Assembly (NCBI RefSeq): GCF_018350175.1
Contig: NC_058368.1
Location: 113,524,001-113,588,000 of the forward strand
Origin: Felis catus
Lineage: Eukaryota
Length of the DNA: 64,000 nucleotides
Reading direction: 5' to 3'
Below the pieces are notes generated by a model. It was not told the origin of the DNA and searched no databases. It saw only the letters and a program-made list of their open reading frames with translations. Positions 37,595-49,670 of this stretch are shown in pieces. The first letter of the stretch is position 1. Each line of letters opens with the position of its first letter. The translations under genes were made by a program, and so were the position numbers.

Positions 37595-37687
37595 CTGAGT
37601 TTGCATATGTAATTTTATGATTTTTTTCATAAAGAGAGCCCCTACACTGCACAATCTTCAGGCCCCCAAAACCTGGATGCACCCTCG
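37595..37687 (-). mobile_element. hAT-Tip100 terminal fragment (ORSL-like)
   Basis: 'aaagagagcccc..cttcaggcccccaaaacctggatgcaccc' resembles the recalled reverse terminus; family name uncertain. Confidence 0.5.
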
Positions 37688-37814
37688 CTTGTGCTACTAT
37701 AGATTTCTGAGTTTTTACTCTCCAGAAACCTGAGTCACCTTGGAATATATTGTGCACACATACAGTATGCTCAGCCAAGACCACTCAGAGGTCAAGACAG
37801 ACCCAATCGTTCTC

Positions 37815-37895
37815 CAACTCTCTCACTTGGGGGTTAACTCTCTGAGCCTCAGTTTTCTTGGCTGTAAAATGGGGAGAGTTTATAATGGCAGTTGA
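37815..37895 (+). mobile_element. MIR core fragment
   Basis: 'ttaactctctgagcctcagttttcttggctgtaaaatgggga'. Confidence 0.8.
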
Positions 37896-38990
37896 GACAT
37901 TCAGTCCCAAGTAAACTGCTTTTCCAAGTACAATGCTGGGAACCAGACACGTACTCATGAGCAAAAACAGACATAAGGTCACGGTCCTTATAGTCACAAG
38001 GCATTGAGACTGGAGGGGAAGCAAGTGTTTGCTGATGGGAGAGCCCATCCACCTTGCCACTGCCTGTGAAATCTTTTTCTAACAACCGAAAACAGACATT
38101 CACATAAGCCACAACAGTACAGGGTCAATACGCGTGTATTTTTCTCCAGGAGCTACTTCTGCTCCCAGCCGGGGAGCACAAGTGCCCTGCACGGCTGAAC
38201 CTCCCAGCCAGAGAAGGGTCTCCACACCATCTCAAGTTGATTCAACCCTGCAGCATCTGTTTACTCTGGGGCCTCTTTTTCTACCAAGGAGTTTGTGTTT
38301 TGGTCAACAGTGTTTCCTCAAGGTGGTTAACAGCCGTAACGGGTGCCAAAAGGTGGGTAGCAAAGGAAGAACCTGGCATGTGAAAACAAAATCCGAGTTT
38401 TATATATGCAAACTTCCTGGACACAGAGAACAAAGACGAGCAGACCCTTTGGGATTCATGACCACCTCGGTGACGTAGGAGGAATCGCAAAAACTGCTGC
38501 AGCCTGGACGGACTGGGCCACGCCTATCAGAAATGAGCAAAATAAGCACAGATGAAATAAAAGCCCCACATGACCTCAGCAAGTTTGCACGGAAGGGTAG
38601 CTTCCAGCGTCTGAAGACCAGACCCACCACCGCAGGGGCGCAGGCACCGCGACCTTGCAGAGTGCTGATTCAGTGAGCACCTTCATCTCCAGGAACACAT
38701 CCTGCACTAAACGAACTATGCATTTATATAATGACAGAATGAGACAAGTGTTAAGAAGAAATGGACTGCGGTTCTATGAGCCACGAAGATTAAACGGCAG
38801 TCCACGTAAAGTGCTGACCACAGTTAGTAAATGCTCAACAAACAGCAGCTATTAGCATTCTTACTATCCCCACAGCTGAATTTGACTGCAAGGTAGGGGT
38901 AATGGCCTCTAGCTCTTTGTATTCCCAACTGCCCTTGTATACAACAGTGCTTAAGAGACAGCACTTGATTGATTCTACCAAGTTTCCTCC

Positions 38991-38991
<1 letters not shown>

Positions 38992-39038
<47 letters not shown>
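38992..39038. repeat. (AC)~23 microsatellite
   Basis: Perfect dinucleotide run. Confidence 0.98.
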
Positions 39039-39041
<3 letters not shown>

Positions 39042-39059
39042 CCACTTGGGATAAAGGTG

Positions 39060-39348
39060 CCCCATTGCCATCTAGCCTGTCACTTGCCTGGGTGATCTCA
39101 GAACAATTCCTTGCTCTTCCTGGGCAGCACAGCCCTGGCCATGGGCTTGGCTGCTGCCAGAGGGCACTGGTTCCTGACCTCTGGCACCGCCCCTCCCCCC
39201 GATGTACTCCACCAGCTCAGGAGTGAAACAATCTCCTGTTCGTCTCTGCGCTTCCCCCTCCTGTGCAAACAACTCTCTGTATTCACTTTTCTCCCCTGAA
39301 AACACTTAAACTGGTTTCTGTTTTCCTAGATGGACCCTGACTGATACA
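39060..39348 (+). mobile_element. ERVL-type LTR 3' portion
   Basis: Ends 'ggtttctgttttcctagatggaccctgactgataca'. Confidence 0.55.
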
Positions 39349-39374
39349 CCATGTAAAGAATTTTTAAACCACCA

Positions 39375-39660
39375 TTCAATGGAGCACTCAACAGCCATTA
39401 GGAACAATGATACATATCTAAATGTACCCACATATAAAGGTGAGTAAGGGCAGGGGTTGTTGAGACACCAAGGAGACTATCCAACGGTATTATACTCAGA
39501 ACAAGACAGACAATGAGAGGTATGTTCACATATGTGCTTTAAATAAATGACACTAGAAATATACATGTAATTGTGACTTTGGTTATCTCACAGCGGTGAG
39601 ATTATGGATGTTTTTTAATTCTTTGTGCTCTTCTGAAAAGGAAGATTCTTTCATAATAAG
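39375..39660 (+). mobile_element. Old L1ME-like 3' fragment
   Basis: 'caatggagcactcaacagccattag..ggttatctc..ggtgagattatggatgtttttt'. Confidence 0.55.
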
Positions 39661-40569
39661 TAGGAATTACTGTTGCATCAGAGCACTAAAACTACCAATT
39701 CCGTTTGGGGAAACACACAGGAAAAATTAAGGAGATGGGTCTTCACAAAGAAGATGAAGGATCACCTGTTTGCTTGGCATCTGTCTCCCCTGCACAACTC
39801 AGAGACTCCTGAGAAGGTCTTCCAACTTTGCTCCCAGCAGGAAGGCAGGGGCAGGAGGGGACTCACAGGAAGGTGGCGTGGGTGGGGAGAAGGAAGGATG
39901 GCAGAGACTCCAGAGTCCCTACTCGGGTAAGAGGCACCAGCACCCACCCCTGCAGGGCCCTCCTGGTCATGCCAGACTGGTCCTGAGAACTCCGTTCTCA
40001 CCCGGAGCTTCTCCCGATCCCCCCAGCTCCCTCCTGGGAACCAAATCAAACACCTCCTCCAGAAGTCTTCCTGCTCTTCTCAGCCGGCTGCCATTGTGCC
40101 CAAGGTGACAGCTCCTTTTCTTCTCAGCGCAAGGAGACAGCACAACCCAAGCATTTGCTAAGTACACCGTTCTCTGCCACGGGTTCGGCGTGCTGTGCCG
40201 TGCTTCCCGCTGACTGTCATTTTTTTGTTTATGACAAGCTCAAACAGGAGTCCAGATCCTGGTGTTGCCACTTACAATCTGTGTGTCCGCGGGCAGATTA
40301 CTTCTCTTCACTGAGCTGTGAGTTAGGGCTGCAGACACTCATCAACGTAGGATGATGATAAAGGTTTAAGTAGGAGGGTCTCAGACTGTGGCGCCTCCCC
40401 CACGACTCACAGGTCGAGCCTTCACTGGAGGGGCTTGCACACCAAATGTCTTCTGTGAAGAGTTGCTGTTCAAGATCGCCTTCTACGCCCCATGTCACTA
40501 ATTGAGTCATCAGACAACGCTCACCCACAAAAGCCTGCCTCTTTGCACAATAACCCCCAGACGTGCAAA

Positions 40570-40775
40570 AACTTAGCAACGGCATAGGCTTTGGAGCCAG
40601 GGTCCTGTGTTTTGAAATCAGGTGTACCCTCACTAGCTGTGTGCCTCGGGCAAGTTGTGAACCTCTCTGAGCCATTTCTGAACAGTGGGGATGCTACCAC
40701 CTGCCTTAAAAGGATTTTTCTAAGGATTAAGTGAGAAAATATATATAAAGCACTTAACCCAGCTCTCACCATGGA
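40570..40775 (+). mobile_element. MIR
   Basis: 'ggctttggagccag..cactagctgtgtgcctcgggcaagttgtgaacctctctgagcc..aggattaagtgaga'. Confidence 0.85.
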
Positions 40776-41997
40776 TGACTCTACAAGGATACACCTCCAT
40801 CACTCTCACTTCAGTGAACGCCACCGCACCTTTTCTCAGCTCGTGTAAAAAGCAAGCCAGCCTGGCTCCAATTAGAAGCAGCCCAGCAGAGCACCCAGGC
40901 GGACCACACTGGTGTCACTGCCACTTAAGAATTTTATACTGTCTACTGATTTATTAGCCATAAGAAGCAATTCCCCAGGGGAGATTAGAGTTGAAATAAT
41001 TGTTTTGAAGAAAATAGGGTGGATCAACACAGCAGACTCATTAATCACCAAAACCGTAACATGCATTTGATGAGCTGGCCTCCACAGAGCTTGCCTTCAA
41101 TGACGAAAGGAGAATGCGCACCAAAAAATCTATAGCTGTGTCGTCCAACAACTCATCAGCATTTCCCCCAGCCCTGCCCTGCTTCACTCCACAGCGGTGG
41201 GAATCTGTGCCTGAGAGGGACAGTTCCCACAGAGCGTGGGCCTCCCTCATTAATCACAACAGAGCAGCCAGAGTTTAATGGGTTTATTAAGGAATTAAAA
41301 TTTCGGCAAACATTTACTGGCTGTTTTCTACTGAGTTACGCCCATGAGATACTGCAAAAGTAACCCAGGAAATGAGAGGCTGGGAGGCTGGACAGGAGGC
41401 AAGGCTGCCTCCCCAGATGCAGGTACGACACAAGCTTTAAAATCAATTTGGCGTGTATTAGAAGGGAACAGGATTGCTCTGTTACCAAACACAGACACTC
41501 TTCAAAAGAGGACAGGCCTCAGGGAACCCTCCTCTTATGGAAGAGCAAACCTCCTACAGGCTGGTCTAGAAATCTCTGTCGTTTTCATCTTGAAAAGCAC
41601 AGGCCTCAAAGTGGGTACTAATCTCTTAGGCCACAAGATAGAGCCTCTGGTATTGGTTTAACAAACATAACTAACCCAAGAGGGACAAACTCAAAGTCAC
41701 TTCTTTTTCCCATTAGCTTCAAAACGTCCTGGTTTTCTCCTAAGCAGAGGTAAAGCAGATGGCAGAAGAAGATGACAATTTTCTAAGCACTTGCTATGGG
41801 CTAAGCACCGCCCTACATTCTTTTTGTTCGGGGGGTGGGGGAGCTACGAGGGGAGAAGGGTGATTCCAAACCGAGGTCTATTCCTGAGCCCCCTGCCAAT
41901 ATAAACGCATGGGACTTTTCAACAGATCTTCATCACTCAACAGCAATCCTAACTGTGTAAGAAAAGCACCCGCAGAGTATTAAAAATACTAATGCCT

Positions 41998-42200
41998 GGG
42001 GCGCCTGGGTGGCTCAGTCGGTTGAGCGGCCGACTTCGGCTCAGGTCATGATCTCGCGGTCCGTGAGTTCGAGCCCCGTGTCGGGCTGTGTGCTGACAGC
42101 TCGGAGCCCGGAGCCTGTTTCAGATTCTGTGTCTCCCTCTCTCTGACCCTCCCCCGTTCATGCTCTCTCTGTGTCTCAAAAATAAATAAATGTTAAAAAA
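41998..42200 (+). mobile_element. Felid Can-SINE
   Basis: TSD aaaaatacta(a/g)tgcct. Confidence 0.97.
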
Positions 42201-42353
42201 AAAAATACTAGTGCCTTAGATTCTTTACAAAGGATATCCTCCTTTGATAATTATAAGCTGATAGAACAGAAAAGTGATTCCTCCTCTGCAGCATCTTGAT
42301 TTCTTCATCTGTAAACACAAGTAATTTGTCCAACATACTTTTAAATAAGTTCA

Positions 42354-42569
42354 GGGCCACCTGGGTGGCTCGGTGAGTTAATTGTCCGACTCTTGATTTC
42401 AACTCAGGTCATGATCTCACAGTTCATGAACTGGAGCCCCACATCCGGCTCCTTGCTGACAGTGCTGAGCCTACTTGGGCTTCTTTCTCCCCCTCTCTCT
42501 GTGCCCCTCCCCCGCCTGTGTTTGTGCTCTCTTTCTCAAAACTAAATAAATAAACTTAAAAAAAAAATT
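42354..42569 (+). mobile_element. Older Can-SINE, outer member of a triple nest
   Basis: Outer TSD ttaaataagttca at 42341 and 43028. Confidence 0.95.
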
Positions 42570-42795
42570 GGGGGGCACCTGGGTGGATCAGTCGGTTAAG
42601 CATCCAGCTTCAGCTCAGGTCATGATCTCGCTGTCTGTGGGTTCAAGCCCCACCTCGGGCTCTGTGCTAACAACTCCGAGGCTGGAGCCTGCTTCGGATT
42701 CTGTGTCTCCCTCTCTCTCTGCTCCTCCCCTGCTCATGTTCAGTCTATTTCTCTCTCAAAAATAAACATAATTTTTAAAAATTTTAAATAATTTA
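42570..42795 (+). mobile_element. Felid Can-SINE nested in the previous tail
   Basis: Head follows the A-run directly. Confidence 0.95.
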
Positions 42796-43009
42796 AAATT
42801 ATTTAATGTTTATTTATTATTTTTGAGAGAGACAGAGAGACAGAGTTTAAGCGGGTGAGGAGCAGAGAGAGGGAGACGCAGAATCCGAAGCAGGCTCCAG
42901 GCTGTGAGCTGTCTTCACAGAGCCCCACGCAGGGCTCGAACGCACAGACTGTGAGATCATGACCTGAGTTGTAGTCGGACACTTAACCAACTGAGCCACC
43001 CATGCACCC
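42796..43009 (-). mobile_element. Felid Can-SINE, inverted, nested in the previous tail
   Basis: TSD aaaaattttaaataattta at ~42777 and ~43012. Confidence 0.95.
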
Positions 43010-43091
43010 TGAAAAATTTTAAATAATTTAAATAAGTTCAAATCACCTACTCCTTTCCTGTTTTTCTTGAGTCCTATCTACACCTACACAC

Positions 43092-43093
<2 letters not shown>

Positions 43094-43133
<40 letters not shown>
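43094..43133. repeat. (AC)20 microsatellite
   Basis: Read directly. Confidence 0.97.
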
Positions 43134-43135
<2 letters not shown>

Positions 43136-43196
43136 TAAATGCCCTTTCCGCATTATTTGAGAGACATCGCATGAACACTAAAAATAACAAAATATA

Positions 43197-43417
43197 GGGG
43201 CGCCTGGGTGGCGCAGTCGGTTAAGCGTCCGACTTCAGCCAGGTCACGATCTCGCGGTCCGTGAGTTCAAGCCCCGCGTCGGGCTCTGGGCTGATGGCTC
43301 AGAGCCTGGAGCCTGTTTCCGATTCTGTGTCTCCCTCTCTGTCTGCCCCTCCCCCGTTCATTCTCTGTCTCTCTCTGTCCCAAAAATAAATAAACGTTGA
43401 AAAAAAAATTTTTTTTT
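43197..43417 (+). mobile_element. Young felid SINEC_Fc-type SINE
   Basis: 'ggcgcagtcgg..cagccaggtcacgatc..gggctgatggctc'; perfect TSD aataacaaaatata. Confidence 0.98.
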
Positions 43418-43469
43418 AATAACAAAATATATAAAAAGAAGAAAAACAATAATCCTCTGCAAACCAACC

Positions 43470-43710
43470 TCCAGGAAGAGACATTTCGATGTCTGCCTTG
43501 TCAGTCTTTTTCTTTACTTTTTTCAAATTACAAGAAAATAGGATAATTCTGTACCCACTCTTTTGTAACCTGCTTTTTACACTTAATAAAGCATGAACTC
43601 TTCCCCATGTCATTAAATATTCTACAGCATCATTTTAGTGGCTGCACGGTATTGTAGTGTATGCCTGTGCCCCAATTTACTTAGCTCGTCTGAATTAATT
43701 AGGTGTTACT
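43470..43710 (-). mobile_element. Old L1ME-like 3' fragment
   Basis: 'ttttgtaacctgctttttacacttaa..ccccatgtcattaaatattcta..tagtggctgcacggtatt'. Confidence 0.7.
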
Positions 43711-45699
43711 GTCTGACAGAAGTTACTCTTCCATTTCTACACCCAAACGAGAAAAAGCAGGTACTCAGGTATTTGAAAAAGTGGAGACCCTTTCACTGCC
43801 TGGCATGTAGCTGGCATTAATATGCCAGGTCTTTAGGGTACTTCTTTTTCAAAGGGATCCTAGACATTTCTCATTTCAAAAACTGCCTGGCAAAGTCCTA
43901 CCATATGGCTCAATATTCAAACTCCGCTCCCTTAAATCTCCAGAAGCAGCACCATGCCTAAAGAGGTCCCAGTGCCTGGCTCAGGGCAGCCTCCTGTACA
44001 AGACGGGAGGTGGGGTCAAAGAGGCCACTGGAGACCCCAGAGACCAGGCTCTGGCCAAGACTCATGACCTCAGAGGATCACGCGTCCACCTGATTTCACC
44101 CCGGCAGCGCTCACAAGAGAGCGTTACTCTTTGGCCAGTGAATCCCTCCTGCGGGAGGGCTTGAGAATAAAGCAGGTAACTGCTGGGCCCCCTCCAGAAG
44201 ACTCTGCCATCAATGCTCAAGGCCCTCTATCACCATGCCGGTGAGGAAGGAGCAAAATTTTGTGCTAATCCAGATTCAGAAACTATGTGATAAAATAGAC
44301 TATACCCACAAGTGCCAACGCAGGAGCCCACAGCTGCTGGGAGTCTAGGATGGTTCTGGATTCTGTGCTCTTTCAGAAGCAGCACGCCCCCATGCTGCTG
44401 GCAGCCAGGGAACATGCCACAGGGAATAGCCAAGGAGCCCAGGGGGGCTCGAAGTCTTGAGGATCTGAGAAGAAACGGTTTCTTGGCTCCAAAAGCCTAC
44501 CCCCGTCTTTCTTTCAGCATCCCCATCTGATAAACATTCCACCAAAGGAAGATGCCTCTACAGTGGGAGGCCTTCTTCGAAGAGTAAATACCCCTGGAAG
44601 AGAAATGTCCACGTATGGGTGGATTGGAAGGACAGAGCCACTAGACAACAGCGAACCTGAGCCCGGGGTGCTTTTCCACTGTCAGCGAGACATAAAGCCC
44701 AATCCAGAGGACATGGGTTACTCTCCTCCCATGGCAGCACCCCAGTTAAAGGCAAGGCTGGACCCAGCAGGAGAACGTAGTTCCACTACACAAGGTGACA
44801 GGGGTGGGGGCCTAACTATCCCGGACCTAAACATGTCCCCACCATCCACTGCCAACAGGGGCGGACATTCCCACAGTTAGTCTCTCATAAGAGCTCAGTG
44901 GGAATGTGGGAGTTTTATTAAGTGCAAGGCATTTTGGATAATTAAAGGGTAACACAGAAACCAGCCCCTGCTAAATGGTTCCTTCAATTATCCCACTGTA
45001 GGATGCTACAATGGTCTCTTCGGAAGCAGAAACGCAGAGAGGGGCTCACCAGCTCCAAGTGGTGGACTCCGGAAATAACCAGAGAGCAGGCCGGGAACGT
45101 GGGTCACCCAGCAGATGGAACAGACCCCAACAACCTCCGAAGGAGAATCACAGGCTGCAGCTTCTCTTCTACCCCCTCAAGATGAACCTGACCCATCCTC
45201 CTAAACTTCCGGAACACACTGCAGGTTGCACAAGCACTGCTCCTCTGCAAATAAACTGTTCAAGTCCACAACAATCCACTCCTTGGCCAGGAGCCCACCT
45301 AGCCCTTTGTCCAGAGTTGCTCAGGTGGTGGGACTCTGCAGGAAAGGAAAAGAAACAGTTTCCCCGGCTATTTCCAGTCATTTACTGCAGGACTCAGGGA
45401 CGCCACACCCTGGGGGAGAAGGAGGAGCCCCCTCACAAATGCATCCGGAGCAAGACAGCAGCCGCAGAACTGACAGACGCGTCCCACAGGGAGATGTGGG
45501 ATTCACTTATCAAGGCACTCAGTCCTGTTCCTGCTTATGGGCAAAAAAAGGGCAAGTAAGCACTACTCCCTCATAGGACACTGGGATAATCCCAACTGCC
45601 CTGCTATAGTGCAAAGAACTCCAAATGCCAGCCTCACCAATACCCCCACCTTTGCATGAAGGTAAGTGCACCAGCTTCTCTGGGCTGGATTCAGAATTA

Positions 45700-45935
45700 A
45701 CACGGGGGCCCGGAGAAAGAAGACAGGACTTGCCGCGTGAGAAACCTATGTCTGAATTTCAGCTCTGCTCCTCACAACCTTTTCCAGCCCCACTTCCCTT
45801 GCCTGTACAACAGAGATAATAAAAAAGAAAAATGCTTCGGGGATTTTTAAAAAAATAATTAGAAATGCCACATACAAAGCACTCAGGGCAAAGCCTCGGA
45901 CGCACCCTGTTCTCCTTAAAAGGGAGTTAGTATTA
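45700..45935 (+). mobile_element. MIR
   Basis: 'gtctgaatttcagctctgc..cctgtacaacagagataata..caaagcactcag'. Confidence 0.55.
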
Positions 45936-47094
45936 ACATGTGTCACATGTCTGTGCTTCTCCCCAGCTAGAATCTCTGACTGTTGATTTATAGCCTGACT
46001 CTACTTAACAGGACGTATGGGATCCTGCCATATTTAATGTTCTTAGAGTGCAGGAGCCATGTCTTCCCCTCTTCACTCCCCTAAGCCCATCTCCTCCTGA
46101 GCTCAGCACCAAACAGGTGCTCCATTAAATGAAGTTCACAAGTCACTGTGATGTCTTCTATTGGCTTTGGCAATGCAGCAGCATTTCAAGCTGTCTGTGT
46201 ATCCACAGGCACTGGCCGGGTCTCAGTATCTGGCAAAAAGTGGCATCTTTAGGAATATGTGGGAAATCTGTGGTATGCACCAATTCCAGGTACTTGAGAA
46301 ATTCTGGTGCATCTCTAAAATCAGAGCCTTCGCCTGTGTGCTTACCCCTGCTGTCCCCTCCAGGAGTTTATCAACAACCCACAGACAGCTCTGAGAGGAG
46401 CAAACAATCACATCAGCTAGAGCTGGAACCATGCCAAGGAAAAGTTGCATCATCTCCACTACAAATCCATCTCTCTCCCCTGGGAAGCCTTCCAGGATGC
46501 ACCCTGGACAGAATGTGATACTAATCCTCAGAGCCACTCCCCAGTTCTTATTCCATGGGGCTGAATTCCATTTATCACATCTGTCATCCCCACAAGGCTA
46601 TGAGCTGTGATCGGTCCTCAACCCTACACAAGTAGAGCTTGGGGTAGAGACGTGCAGCAAACTTGTGCTGAGTCAGTCATTTTAGCCCTGCAAAGTAGAC
46701 ACTGCTCTGTGCCCCTCTTTGCGTACATGAGACAACAGAAGCTGAGAGAGGCGGAGCATTCCTACCTGGAATCCCTTCTGCTTGGCCTAGGAGGAAAAGG
46801 GGACCTCACCACCAGGACACCTGCGACCAGGGCATGACAGGCAGCCTCTAGCTGCAAGGATGGCTTGAGGCTCTTGAGAACACATCTCTGAGATCAGTTT
46901 ATGTCATTCTAGGATTATGTGCTGCCCTTCCTTCTAGACACAGAAATCCCTCAAGCCAGACACAGTGTCTGTCTCCTCTCACTGTGTCCACCACTAACAG
47001 GGCAGCTAAGGAAGGTTCCCATAAAGATTCAGGGCACGAATGCAGACAGCTGACCTGTACCCCAGTGCCTCCCCAGACTTTATGGTGCCTCCCA

Positions 47095-47230
47095 GTCCGT
47101 GGGGTAACTGGTCAAAAAGCCAACCTTGATTCGGTAGGGCTGCGGGGAAGAGTAAGAGTCAGTGTTTCTAGCAAGATCTCAGGTGATGTCAAGGTCTCTG
47201 GAAAGAGGACGGCATTTTGGGGTGAGCAAG
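47095..47230. mobile_element. MER5B-like hAT fragment
   Basis: 'tgattcggtagggctgcgg..gtttctagcaagatctcaggtgatg'. Confidence 0.55.
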
Positions 47231-48452
47231 TTGTTGGAGGCTCGGCTAGCTAGAGCCAATAGTCTTCTGCTTAAAAGAAACAACTTTTGTTTTCATTCCT
47301 GAGCACGTGGAATCGTCCTTGCTTTCCGCTCTGCTGTGAGAACTCCTTCCTGGTGCTTGGTATCATGATTCCCAAAATTCAGAGCAGAGCTTCAGTCCTG
47401 GGGAACTAAGGGCCGGATGCCCCTGCAGGTCTAATCCCCGCTGTGCTGGCTCACAGGCCAACAAACAGGCTCAGGGCTCACGGTTCCTCACTAACGACCT
47501 GGCAGTGCCACAGGCGCTTTAGCAGATGTCTCTGCTTTTAAATCCCTGGAATTCAGAAGCGCACACGCCAAATCCTTATTCCAACTATGATTTTTCCCCT
47601 GCAGGTGTCATCTCTAGCTCCTCTGGCCTCTGAATGTTTCATTCATGCCCAGGACAGAGTTTTAAAGGGTAGAAAACCCAAATTCTGCAGATCAACTAGC
47701 CTAACTAATAGCATGCCATTTTACTCATTTAACAATTAGAGTAACGTGGTTTCTGTGTTCAGCACGAGCCTGCTGTGTGCACTTAGAGAAGAAATCTACC
47801 TGCCTTTGGAAGGCAACTACGGAAAAGCCAGAGCCCCCATAGTGCCATGTCATCTAAGAGGGGTGACACTTTGATCTAAGGATGACTCTTTTTTCCAAGT
47901 TGATAAGGGCTTTTGAATGGTTCCTGGTCCAGGAAGAACAAACGGCCCACCTTTTCCAGAGGGCTCTGGGTATAACCCACTGTTTGCTCACTGTACCGGC
48001 TGGCTGAGTCAGAGGGGCATCTCTATTGGTGGAGCAGAGCGGTGATGTCCCAGAGAGCTCCTGATCACCAATCTACAGCCCTTGTTCTTCCTCCCCAGAC
48101 TCCACTACAGCTACATAAACACAGAAGGCTTTACGTTTTTAAAAAACAATGTTAAAAGTGCAAAGCAGAAAGGGCCTTTGTTCCTACCTAGTCCCTACAG
48201 TGAAATTGCTGGAGCCTCTTACCTCCTGGTCCCTCCCATCTCATGGTCGTGGAATGGGGGCAGAGAAAACCCATCATCTCTGACCTTCAGAGGCTCCAAA
48301 GATTGATTCCTTACTCACATTACTGCTGCTTTGGTGTAGTACACAATACTGGGGAGAATGTGGGCTCCAGCCTATTAGCAATGGATGGATTTCAAAAATG
48401 GATGGAAGGTGGTCTCATGAAAGTCAGGCGGGGATGTTAAAGAAAATAAAAA

Positions 48453-48684
48453 GGGGCGCCTGGGTGGCACAGTCGGTTAAGCGTCCGACTTCAGCCAGGT
48501 CACGATCTCGTGGTCTGTGAGTTCGAGCCCCGCGTCGGGCTCTGGGCTGATGGCTCAGAGCCTGGAGCCTGTTTCCGATTCTGTGTCTCCCTCTCTCTCT
48601 CTGCCCCTCCCCCGTTCATGCTCTGTCTCTCTCTGTCCCAAAAATAAATAAACGTTGGAAAAAAAATTTAAAAAAAAAAAAAAG
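48453..48684 (+). mobile_element. Young felid SINEC_Fc-type SINE
   Basis: Diagnostic young-type body; long A-tail; TSD aaagaaaa(t/g)aaaaa. Confidence 0.97.
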
Positions 48685-49654
48685 AAAGAAAAGAAAAAGT
48701 TTCACAGTGTGGTTGAATCTACCGAGAGTCGAACTGTCTTTGTCAAAAGAGCACCTTCGAAACAACATGTTTCGGCAAGCAGACACTCAGCTCAGAAGGT
48801 ACTGTTTCTCACCAGGTCTAGCACACTAAGCCTACAAGCCTACAGGATGGAGAAAAGTCTGACACCCACAGAAATACACATTACTGCAAAGACCACTTCC
48901 CCCCACCAGAGTGTGATGCATATATGACAAAGGAGGTCATTCACCAACCATAATCTACAAATGAAACCAAGATACAACGGGCACATTTTCTTTCCACTCC
49001 ACCAGATGAAACTAGCTTCTGAGATTTACATGGCTATAATTTCCTCTCCCCACATCATGTATATTTTTCTTTATCTTGGAAGACACTTTATTTTTGTGAG
49101 TTACACCAAGTTGTGTTTTGATAGCTCACCAGAACCTAGGGTAACAAATACTTTTAATTTGATTATTTTAAAAGTCTCATTAATTTTTCAAGCCACACAA
49201 CACACAGAGGCACAAACGTATTCACCAGACATTCGCAAACAGCGAAGGTTAATAGTCATTTAATGTAACTGCATATGGTACAAGCAATCTTCCCTGTCCC
49301 ACTGCATTTTCAAAGACCACATAAATATGTAATCTATTCCTCTCTTTTTCTATCATAACATTCCACTGGGGCGATTCTGATGAGCTGTCCCCCCGGTGCC
49401 TCTGCAGTATGCAGTATGCCTGCATCATGCCTGATGGATAGATACTGGGTTTGAGTGAATGGGATTTCTGCAGCCATCCATAAACCTAGCTCATTTAAAT
49501 TGCTAGCTGTCAACTACCTGAGAAGAAAGAAAAAGTTGTCTTTAAGTAATAAAAAAGTACGGGTCTATGGTCCAGCCTGTCAAGCAGCATTCCTATTTCC
49601 AGGCAGTGTCATGAGGGACCACTGCTCAGCTCACCAGGAGGGACTTCGTTTTCC

Positions 49655-49670
49655 CAGCGCCCTCTCCCGG
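49655..49670 (-). promoter_or_regulatory. Candidate CTCF site
   Basis: Minus strand CCGGGAGAGGGCGCTG, close to CCAGCAGAGGGCGCTG, with CpGs retained; motif only. Confidence 0.5.

Noticed and set aside
45011..45559. 182-aa + strand ORF
   Set aside because: No recognisable domain; overlapping ORFs in other frames indicate local stop-codon scarcity.
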